Assembly (NCBI GenBank): GCA_030648265.1
Contig: JAUSHX010000013.1
Coordinates: 3,030 to 67,029 of the forward strand
Source of the DNA: a bacterium
Lineage (GTDB): Bacteria; Patescibacteriota; Minisyncoccia; Phycocordibacterales; UBA2100
DNA length: 64,000 bases
Direction: 5' to 3'
Shown here one piece after another: positions 1 through 8,857 of the stretch (the first letter of the stretch is position 1; each line of letters begins with the position of its first letter). The notes beneath the pieces were generated by a model. The model searched no databases and was not told the DNA's origin. It worked only from the letters and a program-made list of their open reading frames with translations. Made by a program: the position numbers and the translations under genes.

Positions 1-561
1 ATCTCACGATTTCTATCTTCTCGCCGAATTTTTGTATGGCCGAATCTATAAGTCCGCGAATAGTTATTGTCGGGTCCTTCACGTACGGCTGTTCCAAAAG
101 AATACGCTCTTTGAGGTAGCTTTCAATCTTGCCTTCCACGGCACGCGTGCGCACCGCCTCCGGAAGGTTCGCTGCCTCTTTCTCAAATACCTCAATCGCC
201 GCCCGCTTGTCCTCTTCCCGCACATCCGCGCGCGATTTGAATTGCGGATTCATGGCCGCAACATGCATGGCGATTCCATACGCAAGTTTTCCGAACTCCT
301 CGTTCTTTGCCACGAAATCGGTTTCGCAGGCGAGAACGACCGCCCCCACGACACTACCGCCCGCGTGCGTGTAGGCGCTTGCCACACCCGCGCCGAGCGC
401 ACGGTCGGATTTCTTTGATGCAATAGAGGAGCTCTGCTTGCGGAGAATTATTTTTGCCTTTTCCACATCCCCATCGGCTTCCTGTAATGCCTTCTTGCAC
501 TGCATGACAGAAACCCCAGTTTCATCCCGCAACGACTTTATAAGTTCAGTGGTGATTTCCA
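1..561 (-). CDS. tsf: Elongation factor Ts, N-terminal part (gene continues beyond window start)
   Basis: Reverse complement of 481-561 translates MEITTELIKSLRDETGVSVMQCKKALQE, the EF-Ts N-terminal signature. It lies downstream of rpsB as in the conserved rpsB-tsf pair. It is absent from the ORF track because the stop lies off-window. Confidence 0.7.
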
Positions 562-680
562 TAAATCGCGCCAATCTACAAATTTATCCCAATCTACAAA
601 TGGCTACGAATTTGACGTGCGTTATTTGCGGATATTTGTAGTATTCGTATCATTCGCAGATTGGGACTTTGTTTTTCCCT
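562..680 (-). repeat. Family-2 intercistronic repeat (CCAATCTACAAAT ... ATTTGTAGATTGGG), copy 1 of 4
   Basis: Direct and inverted CCAATCTAC(A/G)AAT motifs plus TATTCGTAGCCATTCGTAGTATTCGTATCATTTGTAGATTGGGAC. It sits between the tsf start and the rpsB 3' end and overlaps the rpsB C-terminal codons. Confidence 0.75.
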
Positions 681-1473
681 TCTCAAACGCTTCTGCAATT
701 GTCTCCGCGACAAGGCGAATACTCCGCACCGAGGTATCGTTCGCGGGCACCGGATACTGCACCATTGAAAAGTCGCAGTCCGAGCTGGAAAGGCCGATGA
801 CGGGAATGCCGAGCTGATTCGCTTCGCGCACCGCGGTTTCCTCGCGCTTCGTATCAACAATGAAAAGCGCCGAGGGAAGGTCAAGCATTTTCACTAGGCC
901 GCCGAATCGCGCGAGAAGCTCGGTGATTTCGCGGTCAATGAGAAGCCGTTCCTTTTTTGTGTATTTCTCAAGTTCCCCGCTGTCGCGCTCGCTCATCAAT
1001 TTCTCCAGACGGTCAATGCGCTTGCGGATATTCTTGAAGTTCGTGAGCGTACCACCTATCCAGCGTCCGGCGACATACGGCGCTCCGATTCTCTCGGCAA
1101 CTTCTTTGACGATATCAACGGCCTCGTTCTTTCCGCCGACAAAGAGAAGCTGCCCTGCTCTCCCGATTGCCTTCTCGCCTGTCTGCGCGCTCCGCTCGCC
1201 TGTGTGCAACGCGCGGGCAGTTACAGGCAGGCCTGACCGTGCTCCACGTGCAGGCGCGCCGGCGACAACCGCAGGACTCCCCGCAATCGAGCTCGCAAAT
1301 GCGCATGCCGCTTCAAGCCGTCTCTGCGTTTCCTCAAGGTCAAAGATGTCGTTTCGGTCTTTCGTGCCGAAAATAAACGGCGAAGCCGTCGGATGGCGGC
1401 GCGTGCGGGAGTACCCGAAATGCGCACCTGCCTCAAATAGCGTTTTAATGTCTTGTGTTACTGCCGTCATCAT
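622..1473 (-). CDS. rpsB: 30S ribosomal protein S2, with a GC-rich internal insertion of about 40 aa
   Basis: Motifs AGAHFGYSRTRRHPTASPFIFG, GGTLTNF and IPVIGLSSSDCDF. The last 14 codons overlap a family-2 repeat. Confidence 0.9.
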   Translation of the reverse strand: MMTAVTQDIKTLFEAGAHFGYSRTRRHPTASPFIFGTKDRNDIFDLEETQRRLEAACAFASSIAGSPAVVAGAPARGARSGLPVTARALHTGERSAQTGEKAIGRAGQLLFVGGKNEAVDIVKEVAERIGAPYVAGRWIGGTLTNFKNIRKRIDRLEKLMSERDSGELEKYTKKERLLIDREITELLARFGGLVKMLDLPSALFIVDTKREETAVREANQLGIPVIGLSSSDCDFSMVQYPVPANDTSVRSIRLVAETIAEAFEKGKTKSQSANDTNTTNIRK

Positions 1474-1570
1474 GTGGCGTGCACTTTAACACGGCATATA
1501 GGCAATAGGCAATAGGCGGACTGTATCAGAATGGCCTGCTGCAGTCGGAAAATTGTGATACAATCTCGCC

Positions 1571-2191
1571 ATGAACGAAAAAGAGAGCCACCACAGGAAA
1601 GAACGTACCCTCGTTATCATCAAGCCGGATGGCATCCAGCGGGCTCTCATTGGCGAGATAGTGCTGCGCTACGAACGGCTCGGCCTCAAATTGGTCGGCC
1701 TCAAGATGGTCGTTCCAACGGTTGAACAGATAGAGGGGCACTACACGCTTGACCCGAATTGGATGCGCGTGACTGGCGAGAAGACAATTAAGAGCTATCA
1801 CGACAAGGGTTTGACGCCTCCATCCGAAGACCCGCTCGCCATTACGGCGGTCATTCTCAAAAATCTTAAGAAGTACATGACAGCCGGGCCAGTGATAGTA
1901 ATGGCATGGGAGGGCGCGCATGCGGTAGAGCTCGTCCGCAAAGTGACGGGCGGAACGGAGCCGCGGTCGGCACAAGTCGGAACCATCCGCGGAGACTTCG
2001 TGGTGGATTCGTACATCATGTCCGACCAAGACGACAGAGCTGTCCGCAATTTAATTCACGCATCCGGTTCGGTTCCTGAAGCGGAAATGGAAATCCCCCA
2101 CTGGTTTCGCGCAAAAGAACTGGTAGAGTATAAGGTATCGCATGAGGACATCCTCTATGCGAAAGAATTACAAGGTATTTTAAACCAATAA
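1571..2191 (+). CDS. ndk: Nucleoside diphosphate kinase (long form with an insertion of about 40 aa)
   Basis: ERTLVIIKPDGIQRALIGEIVLRYERLGLKLVGLKM plus catalytic-region motifs. TGaTACAAT lies 6 nt upstream of the ATG. Confidence 0.85.
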   Translation: MNEKESHHRKERTLVIIKPDGIQRALIGEIVLRYERLGLKLVGLKMVVPTVEQIEGHYTLDPNWMRVTGEKTIKSYHDKGLTPPSEDPLAITAVILKNLKKYMTAGPVIVMAWEGAHAVELVRKVTGGTEPRSAQVGTIRGDFVVDSYIMSDQDDRAVRNLIHASGSVPEAEMEIPHWFRAKELVEYKVSHEDILYAKELQGILNQ

Positions 2192-2382
2192 TGCGTATGG
2201 GAGGATTAGAACAACAGGGGCCTCAAAAGAGAAATCTAGATAGGGTATTTAAAGCAGGCGAAAGTGACAACCAATGGATGACTGACCCGGAGACCGGACA
2301 AGTAATGTCCGAAAAAGACTGGGAAGCAAGAAGAAAAGAACGGCTTGAAGACCAAACGCATCGCCGCGACGAACTCCATTAG
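2191..2382 (+). CDS. Hypothetical small hydrophilic protein (63 aa)
   Basis: ORF only; no recognisable domain. Confidence 0.25.
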   Translation: MRMGGLEQQGPQKRNLDRVFKAGESDNQWMTDPETGQVMSEKDWEARRKERLEDQTHRRDELH

Positions 2383-2648
2383 TTTTCCACACTTGCATGT
2401 TCGGTGGCAGTGGTATACTGAACGCAGCGACAGGTATAACACCTGCTGGTACAACTTAGGGAGCTCGAATCGCTTTAGACTCCGGTCTGAATGCTGAGAG
2501 CACCCACCTGGTAAAACCCAGGCTTGCCGTGCCTGCCGCGCATAGAAACTCCGCATCCGCGGGGTTTTTGTGTTTTGGAGCGTTCGAAATCGGTGCCCGG
2601 TAGCACCTATCGCAACAGAGGCCAAGTCTGATATATTGGTTACTTAAC
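2383..2648 (+). promoter_or_regulatory. Untranslated leader of the leuCDAB-ilvE operon containing a hairpin plus T-run (possible attenuator or riboswitch-like leader)
   Basis: A 265-nt non-coding gap before leuC. A GC hairpin (ccgcatccgcgggg) followed by ttttt lies at about 2548-2580. No clear T-box consensus. Confidence 0.3.
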
Positions 2649-4055
2649 GTGAGTATGGTTAATGCAAAGAAAACTCTGTACGAAAAGATATGGGACGCTC
2701 ACGTGGTGCGAGAGGCTAAAGGCGAGCCCACTATATTGTATATAGACCTGCACCTGATACACGAGGTGACGACTCCGCAGGCATTCACCGGGTTGCACAA
2801 TCGGAAGTTGCCTGTCCGCCGCACTGACTTAACCATCGCGACCATGGACCATTCGGTTCCATCAATTAACCGAAAGAAACTGCCGTGGCCGGATGCGCTG
2901 GCGCAGAAGCAAGTGGGGATGCTCGCGGATAATTGCAAGAAATATGGTATCACGCTCTACGATTTGGACAGCAAACATCAGGGCATCGTGCACGTTATCG
3001 GGCCGGAGCTCGGCCTCACGCAGCCGGGAAAAACTGTCGTCTGCGGAGACAGCCACACTTCCACTCACGGCGCATTTGGCGCGCTCGCCTTCGGCATCGG
3101 CACATCGGAAGTGGAACACGTCCTCGCCACGCAGTGCCTCCTGCAGAACAAAACGAAAACGATGGCGATAATCATTAATGGCACGCTCCAGCCCGGCGTC
3201 TATTCCAAAGACATCATTCTGCGCATCATTCACGAGCTCGGGATTGCTGGCGGAATCGGCTACACGTTTGAGTACCGAGGTAGCGCCATACGCGCGCTCT
3301 CTATGGAAGCGCGCATGACCATCTGCAACATGAGCATTGAGGCCGGGGCGCGTGCGGGAATCATTGCGCCCGACCAAACGACAGTTGACTATCTGGAGAA
3401 GCGGGTGAAGTTCAAAAATGATTCCGAAAAAAAGAAGGCTATCGCTAGGTGGCTTTCGTGGCAAACCGACAAGGGAGCAAAGTTTGATAAAGAAATCGTC
3501 ATGGATGCGGCAACGATTGAGCCGATGGTCACATGGGGTACGAACCCCGGAATGTCCGTGGGCATCACCAAGAAAATACCTGATGGTGGCGGCGAAGATA
3601 TCAAGCAAGCTTTGGAATACATGGGGCTCCAAGGAGGGCAAAAGATGCGCGGCCAAAAAATAGACTATGTGTTTATGGGCAGCTGCACGAATTCCCGCAT
3701 TGAAGATTTGCGCGTTGAGGCAAGCATTATTAAAGGCAAGAAGATTGCGCCCGGCGTTACCTGCTACGTCGTACCCGGTTCATACGAGGTAAAACACAAA
3801 GCCGAGGCCGAAGGATTGGACAAAATATTCTTGTCGGCCGGATGTGAGTGGCGCGAACCCGGGTGCAGTATGTGCATCGGCATGAACGGCGACCTCGTGC
3901 CTTCGGGCAAATACTGCGCCTCCACTTCAAACCGCAACTTCATGGGCAGGCAGGGCAAGGGCGCCCGCACGCTCCTCATGTCGCCTGCGATGGCCGCCGT
4001 TGCCGCGATTGAAGGCGCTGTCGGAGACGCGCGAGAATATTTAGAAGATGTATGA
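2649..4055 (+). CDS. leuC: 3-isopropylmalate dehydratase large subunit
   Basis: Aconitase-family motifs: [17 protein letters not shown] and [11 protein letters not shown]. Confidence 0.95.
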   Translation: MSMVNAKKTLYEKIWDAHVVREAKGEPTILYIDLHLIHEVTTPQAFTGLHNRKLPVRRTDLTIATMDHSVPSINRKKLPWPDALAQKQVGMLADNCKKYGITLYDLDSKHQGIVHVIGPELGLTQPGKTVVCGDSHTSTHGAFGALAFGIGTSEVEHVLATQCLLQNKTKTMAIIINGTLQPGVYSKDIILRIIHELGIAGGIGYTFEYRGSAIRALSMEARMTICNMSIEAGARAGIIAPDQTTVDYLEKRVKFKNDSEKKKAIARWLSWQTDKGAKFDKEIVMDAATIEPMVTWGTNPGMSVGITKKIPDGGGEDIKQALEYMGLQGGQKMRGQKIDYVFMGSCTNSRIEDLRVEASIIKGKKIAPGVTCYVVPGSYEVKHKAEAEGLDKIFLSAGCEWREPGCSMCIGMNGDLVPSGKYCASTSNRNFMGRQGKGARTLLMSPAMAAVAAIEGAVGDAREYLEDV

Positions 4056-4151
4056 GCGAAGCGAATTACATATTCTTAACCCAGCACCTTTCGCGAAAGG
4101 TGCTGGGCGCAAGTTGTTTCTAAACTCGGTTACTCGTTAAGAAAAACTAAT
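4056..4151 (+). repeat. Family-1 intercistronic palindromic element, copy 1 (only plus-strand copy)
   Basis: GCGAAGCGAATTACATATTCTTA-ACCCAGCACCTTTCG|CGAAAGGTGCTGGG-CGCAAGTTGTTTCTAAACTCGGTTACTCGTTAAGAAAAACTAAT-ATG. It fills the whole leuC-leuD spacer, and the leuC stop plus last codons (LEDV*) lie inside the conserved left arm. Confidence 0.85.
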
Positions 4152-4745
4152 ATGCGAACCTCACAATTCAAAGACTTAACCGCAACGCTCGCGCCATTAC
4201 TACGGGATAACGTGGACACTGACCAAATTATTCCCGCGCGTTACCTGACTGCCACCAATAAAAAAGGATTCGGCAAGCGGCTGTTCATGGATTTGCGCTA
4301 TGAGGAAGACGGAAAAACGCCGAGGCCGGATTTCGTCCTGAACCAAAAGAAATTCAAGGGCGCGAAAATCCTGCTCGGCCACAAAAATTTCGGCTGCGGC
4401 TCTTCCCGCGAACACGCTCCGTGGGCGCTTTTGGGGGCCGGATTTAATGCTGTTATCGCAATTTCATTCGCCGATATCTTCAGGAACAATTCGGCAAAAA
4501 ATGGACTGCTTCTAATTGAACTTCCGAGAAAAATAATAGACATGATGCACACCGAGGTTGTTGAGAATCCGAAAGAGAAAGCCGCTATCAACCTGAAGAA
4601 CCAAACAATAACGTGGAAAAAACAGGCTCATTCGTTCCCAATTAATCCATTCGTTAAGAGGTGCCTCATGGAAGGATTGGATGATATCGGCTACACTCTA
4701 AGCTTCGCAGACCAAATCAAGGCATACGAGCAAAAAACTAGATGA
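4152..4745 (+). CDS. leuD: 3-isopropylmalate dehydratase small subunit
   Basis: DNVDTDQIIPARYL, GCGSSREHAPWAL. Confidence 0.95.
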   Translation: MRTSQFKDLTATLAPLLRDNVDTDQIIPARYLTATNKKGFGKRLFMDLRYEEDGKTPRPDFVLNQKKFKGAKILLGHKNFGCGSSREHAPWALLGAGFNAVIAISFADIFRNNSAKNGLLLIELPRKIIDMMHTEVVENPKEKAAINLKNQTITWKKQAHSFPINPFVKRCLMEGLDDIGYTLSFADQIKAYEQKTR

Positions 4746-6496
4746 AAGATTCAAAGAAAAAATACCGCCCGTTCACTCCCGTAGATTTGAAGGACAGAAC
4801 GTGGCCGAATAAGACCATCACTCAAGCCCCCCGCTGGTGCTCGGTGGATTTGCGCGACGGCAATCAGGCGCTCGTCACGCCGATGAACCTTGAGCAGAAA
4901 TTGAACATGTTCAAACTGCTGGTGGACATCGGGTTCAAGGAAATTGAGGTCGGCTTCCCTTCCGCCTCGCAGGTTGAATTTGATTTTGTCCGCATACTTA
5001 TTGAACGCAAACTTATACCCCTAGATGTGACCGTCCAAGTGCTGACGCAAGCGCGCGAACACTTGATAGAAACCACGTGTCGTTCTCTTGTCGGCGCCAA
5101 GCGCGCGCTCATACACATGTACAATTCCACCTCGGAACTCCAGCGCCGCGTCGTATTCCGCATGGGCAAACCGGAAATTAAAGAGATGGCCGTCAAAGGC
5201 ACCGCATGGGTGCGGCAGTATAGCGAGAAATATCTGTCCTCCAAAGGAGGATCCGCCTCGGGCGGAAAAGCTACCGAGGTTCTGTACGAATACAGTCCCG
5301 AGAGTTTTATGGGCACCGAACTGGATTATGCCGTAGAGGTCTGCGATGCGGTCATTGAGGAATGGAAGCCGCGCGCGGGAGAGAAAGTCATCATCAATTT
5401 GCCCAACACGGTGGAAATGTCCACGCCCAACATTTACGCCGACCAGATAGAGTGGTTCTGCCGTCACTTCAAGTCGCGGGATAAGGCTATCATCAGTCTC
5501 CATGTGCACAACGACCGCGGATGCGCTGTCGCCGCGACGGAGCTCGGCATGATGGCGGGCGCAGAGCGCGTGGAGGGCACGCTCTTCGGCAACGGCGAGC
5601 GTACCGGCAACGTGGACATCATCACGCTCGCGCTCAACCTCCACACACAGGGCATTGACCCGCAACTGGATTTAAGCGATTTGGACCGTTGCATTGAGGT
5701 CTATCAATCCTGCACCGACCTTCCCGTGCATCCGCGCCACCCATACGCGGGAGAACTGGTCTTCACCGCATTTTCCGGCTCTCATCAGGACGCGATAGAC
5801 AAAGGGTTTCAGGCGATGAAGGATTCTGGGAAACCGCTGTGGGAAGTTCCCTACATTCCGATGGACCCGAAAGATGTCGGCCACACCTATGAGGCGGTAA
5901 TCCGCATCAACAGCCAGTCCGGCAAAGGCGGCGTCGCGCACATCCTGCGCAACGAGTTCGGATACAACACGCCGAAAGCGATGCACCCCGAATTGGGGAA
6001 AATGATTCAGCGCATTTCCGATGCGACCGGCAAAGAGGTGCTTCCCGGGGCAATACAAAAGGCGTTTGAAGACGAGTACCTGAATCGCTCAAGTCCAATC
6101 TCACTCCGGAGTTTCAAGATAAAAGACGAGAGTAGCGGGAAAGGCGATGTCACGACCCTCTCGGCGGTCATAAAAATGAATGGGAAGAAGCGTACGGTCA
6201 CAAGCACCGGCAACGGCCCGATTGACGCCTTCAGTAAAGCGCTGAAGCGTGCGGGCGCGGGACACTACAGTTTCCTCTCGTACGAGGAACACGCGCTTGG
6301 CAAAGGCGAGGACGCCCGCGCGGTCGCCTACATTCAGATTGCCGATGAAAAGGGCAACTCGTTTTTCGGTATCGGCACTGACTTCAATATCGTCGGCGCA
6401 TCTCTGCGCGCGCTCTTGAGCGCCTTGAATCGCTCGGAGCAATCTGCACAAAAAGTTAAGAGAGCCTCTCCGGCACGCGCCAAGAAGCGCCAATAA
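4742..6496 (+). CDS. leuA: 2-isopropylmalate synthase (long form, about 580 aa)
   Basis: RWCSVDLRDGNQALVTPMN, HVHNDRGCAVAATELG, and the C-terminal regulatory domain. Confidence 0.95.
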   Translation: MKDSKKKYRPFTPVDLKDRTWPNKTITQAPRWCSVDLRDGNQALVTPMNLEQKLNMFKLLVDIGFKEIEVGFPSASQVEFDFVRILIERKLIPLDVTVQVLTQAREHLIETTCRSLVGAKRALIHMYNSTSELQRRVVFRMGKPEIKEMAVKGTAWVRQYSEKYLSSKGGSASGGKATEVLYEYSPESFMGTELDYAVEVCDAVIEEWKPRAGEKVIINLPNTVEMSTPNIYADQIEWFCRHFKSRDKAIISLHVHNDRGCAVAATELGMMAGAERVEGTLFGNGERTGNVDIITLALNLHTQGIDPQLDLSDLDRCIEVYQSCTDLPVHPRHPYAGELVFTAFSGSHQDAIDKGFQAMKDSGKPLWEVPYIPMDPKDVGHTYEAVIRINSQSGKGGVAHILRNEFGYNTPKAMHPELGKMIQRISDATGKEVLPGAIQKAFEDEYLNRSSPISLRSFKIKDESSGKGDVTTLSAVIKMNGKKRTVTSTGNGPIDAFSKALKRAGAGHYSFLSYEEHALGKGEDARAVAYIQIADEKGNSFFGIGTDFNIVGASLRALLSALNRSEQSAQKVKRASPARAKKRQ

Positions 6497-6498
6497 TT

Positions 6499-7605
6499 AT
6501 GCGCGGAACGATCGCAGTCCTCGCTGGAGACGGCATCGGTCCGGAAATAATGGCTTCGGCTGTTCGCATTCTGGATGCGGTTAACGCGAAATTCGGCCAC
6601 ACATTTGAAACGAAGGAAGGTGTAACGGGCGGCGTCGCATACGATAAATTCGGCGTGCACCTGCCGGCAGAAACGGTTGAGATGTGCAAAAAGGCGGACG
6701 CGATTTTGTTCGGCGCCGTCGGTGGCCCCGTGTCCGATCAGGAATCCACGCGCTGGAAAGACGCCGAAAAGAACGTCATCCTCGGTTTGCGGGAGAAATT
6801 CAATTTGTTTGCCAACCTGCGCCCGCTCAAAGTGTGGCAAGGAACGGAATCCTTTAGCCCGCTTAAGCCGGACTTAATCGCAGGGATGGACGTGCTCATC
6901 GTGCGCGAGCTCATCGCGGGCATCTACTTCGGTCCCATGCGCCGGTACGAGGTTGACGGGGAAATAACCGCGGAGGAAACCAGCCGCTACACATGGAAAG
7001 AAATTGCGAGCGTCGTCCGCATCGCGTTCGTGGCCGCGCAAAAGCGCAGAAAAAAACTGACCATTGTGGATAAGGCGAATGTTCTTGAGACGTCGCGCCT
7101 GTGGCGTGATGTCACGCGCTTTATTCACGCAGAATTCCCCGACATTGCAATGGATTTTATGTTCGTGGACAACGCGGCCCAACAGCTCGTGCGCTCCCCC
7201 GCTTCGTTTGATGTCATCGCGACCGACAACATGTTCGGCGACATCTTGAGCGACCTCGGCGGCGCCGTCGTGGGCTCTCTCGGGCTCGTGCCCTCCGCGA
7301 GCATCTCCGCCAAAGTCGGATCCGCCTCCGGCGGAAACGCTCGAAGATTCGGCCTCTACGAGCCCGCGCACGGCTCCGCCCCCGACATCGCGGGCAAAAA
7401 TATTGCGAACCCGACCGCGCAAATCCTCTCACTCGCCATGCTCTTGCGCTACACATACGATTTAGACAAGGAAGCACAGGCGATTGAGGAAGCGGTTCTT
7501 TCGGCGTGGAAGGCGGGAAAGAAAACAAAAGACCTAGCGGCGAAGGGTGAAGAGATCCTTTCTACGGATGATTTCACATCTTGCGTGATAGAACAGTTAC
7601 AGTAA
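6499..7605 (+). CDS. leuB: 3-isopropylmalate dehydrogenase
   Basis: IAVLAGDGIGPEIM, NLFANLRP, DNMFGDILSD. Confidence 0.95.
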   Translation: MRGTIAVLAGDGIGPEIMASAVRILDAVNAKFGHTFETKEGVTGGVAYDKFGVHLPAETVEMCKKADAILFGAVGGPVSDQESTRWKDAEKNVILGLREKFNLFANLRPLKVWQGTESFSPLKPDLIAGMDVLIVRELIAGIYFGPMRRYEVDGEITAEETSRYTWKEIASVVRIAFVAAQKRRKKLTIVDKANVLETSRLWRDVTRFIHAEFPDIAMDFMFVDNAAQQLVRSPASFDVIATDNMFGDILSDLGGAVVGSLGLVPSASISAKVGSASGGNARRFGLYEPAHGSAPDIAGKNIANPTAQILSLAMLLRYTYDLDKEAQAIEEAVLSAWKAGKKTKDLAAKGEEILSTDDFTSCVIEQLQ

Positions 7606-7614
7606 GATGCGGGA

Positions 7615-8586
7615 ATGCAAGCAACAAAATACATTTGGTTCAACGGAAAGCTGGTTCCCTGGGCGAGCGCGAAAATTCACGTGCTTTCGCACTCTCTCCA
7701 CTACGGTACCGGCGCCTTTGAGGGCATCCGCATGTACGAGACCGAGAAGGGCTCGTCTACAGATGCCGACCATCAACCGGTCGGCCCTGCCATCTTCCAC
7801 CTGAAGCGACACATGGAGCGTCTTATATTCTCGGCGAAAAGCCTCGGGATGAAATTGCCATACACGCTGGACGAGCTCATGCAGGCGGTCGTGGAAACGG
7901 TGCGCAAAAACAAACTCAAGTCGTGCTATATCCGCCCGATTGCTTTCTTCGGTTTCGGCGAAGTGCGCGTGCTTCCCACCAACTGCCCCGTAGAGGTGGT
8001 AATCGCCGCGTGGCCGTGGGGCGCATATTTGGGCGACGAGCCCGCCCGCATCACCGTGGTAAAAACATTGCGCATCCATCCGCAGACTCTTAGAGTGAAT
8101 GCGAAAGTCTCCGGTCACTACGTGAATTCAATGCTCGCCGGCCGCGAGGCCACCGACCGCGGATTTACCGAGGCACTTCAATTGGACTATGAGGGCAACA
8201 TCGCCGAAGGGCCGGGAGAAAATTTCTTTATCGTCAAAGGCAAAACCATTTCCACGCCGAAGCTCGGTTCAATCTTGCCGGGCATTACGCGCGAATCCGT
8301 TATGACGCTCGCGCGCGACCTCGGCTACAAAGTGGTGGAGCGCACATTGACCATCAAAGATGCGCTTTCCGCCGATGAATGCTTCTTCACCGGCACCGCA
8401 GCGGAAGTGACGGCCATCGCCTCCATAGACAACAAGAAAATGAAGAAAGCGAATGGCTCGTCTACAGATGCCGATGCCTACTCCATCGGCCCAGTGACCA
8501 AACAAATCCGCGAAGAGTTCCTGAAAATCACCAGAGGAGAAAATCCGAGGTACAAAAAGTGGCTGACGTTCGTGAACGGATACTAG
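7615..8586 (+). CDS. ilvE: Branched-chain amino acid aminotransferase
   Basis: WFNGKLVPW...HSLHYGTGAFEGIRMYE and ECFFTGTAAEV. It carries two in-frame GSSTDAD mini-repeat insertions. Confidence 0.9.
   Translation: MQATKYIWFNGKLVPWASAKIHVLSHSLHYGTGAFEGIRMYETEKGSSTDADHQPVGPAIFHLKRHMERLIFSAKSLGMKLPYTLDELMQAVVETVRKNKLKSCYIRPIAFFGFGEVRVLPTNCPVEVVIAAWPWGAYLGDEPARITVVKTLRIHPQTLRVNAKVSGHYVNSMLAGREATDRGFTEALQLDYEGNIAEGPGENFFIVKGKTISTPKLGSILPGITRESVMTLARDLGYKVVERTLTIKDALSADECFFTGTAAEVTAIASIDNKKMKKANGSSTDADAYSIGPVTKQIREEFLKITRGENPRYKKWLTFVNGY
7749..7787 (+). repeat. In-frame intragenic mini-repeat (GGCTCGTCTACAGATGCCGAC-CATCAACC-GGTCGGCCC, encodes GSSTDADHQPVGP), copy 1 of 3
   Basis: Same 21-nt core as 8465-8503 and 16031-16067 with an internal 6-7 bp inverted repeat (GCCGACC/GGTCGGC). 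It is inserted between EKG and PAIF of ilvE relative to canonical IlvE. Confidence 0.7.
8465..8503 (+). repeat. In-frame intragenic mini-repeat copy 2 (encodes GSSTDADAYSIGP)
   Basis: GGCTCGTCTACAGATGCCGAT-GCCTACTCC-ATCGGCCCA. The stem is changed in a compensatory way (GCCGAT/ATCGGC). Confidence 0.65.
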
Positions 8587-8587
8587 A

Positions 8588-8637
8588 GCGCAAACGGCTC
8601 AATTACCGGTAATTGAGCCGTTTGCGCTCTTTTTTTT
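8588..8637 (+). terminator. Rho-independent terminator after ilvE
   Basis: GCGCAAACGGCTCAATTACCGGTAATTGAGCCGTTTGCGC followed by TTTTTTTT. Confidence 0.8.
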
Positions 8638-8668
8638 ATTGCAGTCTTTTGCAAAACACTAGCATAGA
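8638..8668. repeat. Family-3 palindrome (degenerate copy: GCAGTCTTTTGCAAAACACTAGC)
   Basis: Related to CCAGTGTTTTGCAAAACACTGG at 11569-11604 and 28291-28327. Confidence 0.5.
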
Positions 8669-8857
8669 AAAAGCCCAGCGTCGCAATCGCCGGGCCTTTC
8701 GAAATGGAACAAAAGTACAATTGGTTTGGCGGTCTTTGCCGCATTTCTCATCTCAGCGTCTGGGTCCGAGGGGTCAACCGTTCTTCCCCATGATGGTTGC
8801 CCCGCTTTCGGCAATCATTGCCTGCGCTTCGCGGTAGACCTTCGCAAGTCCGGCGAG

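Noticed and set aside
860-1489. Many long ORFs on the strand opposite to clearly identified genes (for example 860-1489+, 2862-3656-, 5021-5665-, 6334-6840-, 10977-11630+, 30086-30463+, 36448-37017+, 37444-38247+, 41309-42403+, 60950-61261+).
   Set aside because: They overlap well-supported genes (rpsB, leuC, leuA, aroA, the T4CP-like gene, map and others) and have no recognisable domains and odd composition. They are shadow ORFs.
1497-1516. (AGGCAAT)x3 tandem in the rpsB/ndk divergent promoter region.
   Set aside because: Three short units only, with no other copies. Probably incidental.
2383-2648. Explicit T-box riboswitch call for the leuC leader.
   Set aside because: A hairpin plus U-run is present, but the T-box consensus (AANNNGGGUGGNACCGCG) and a specifier loop could not be identified. 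It is kept only as a low-confidence regulatory leader.
4056-4151. Family-1 hairpins as rho-independent terminators.
   Set aside because: No U-rich tract follows the stem on either strand. The elements lie between co-transcribed ribosomal genes, where termination would be deleterious.
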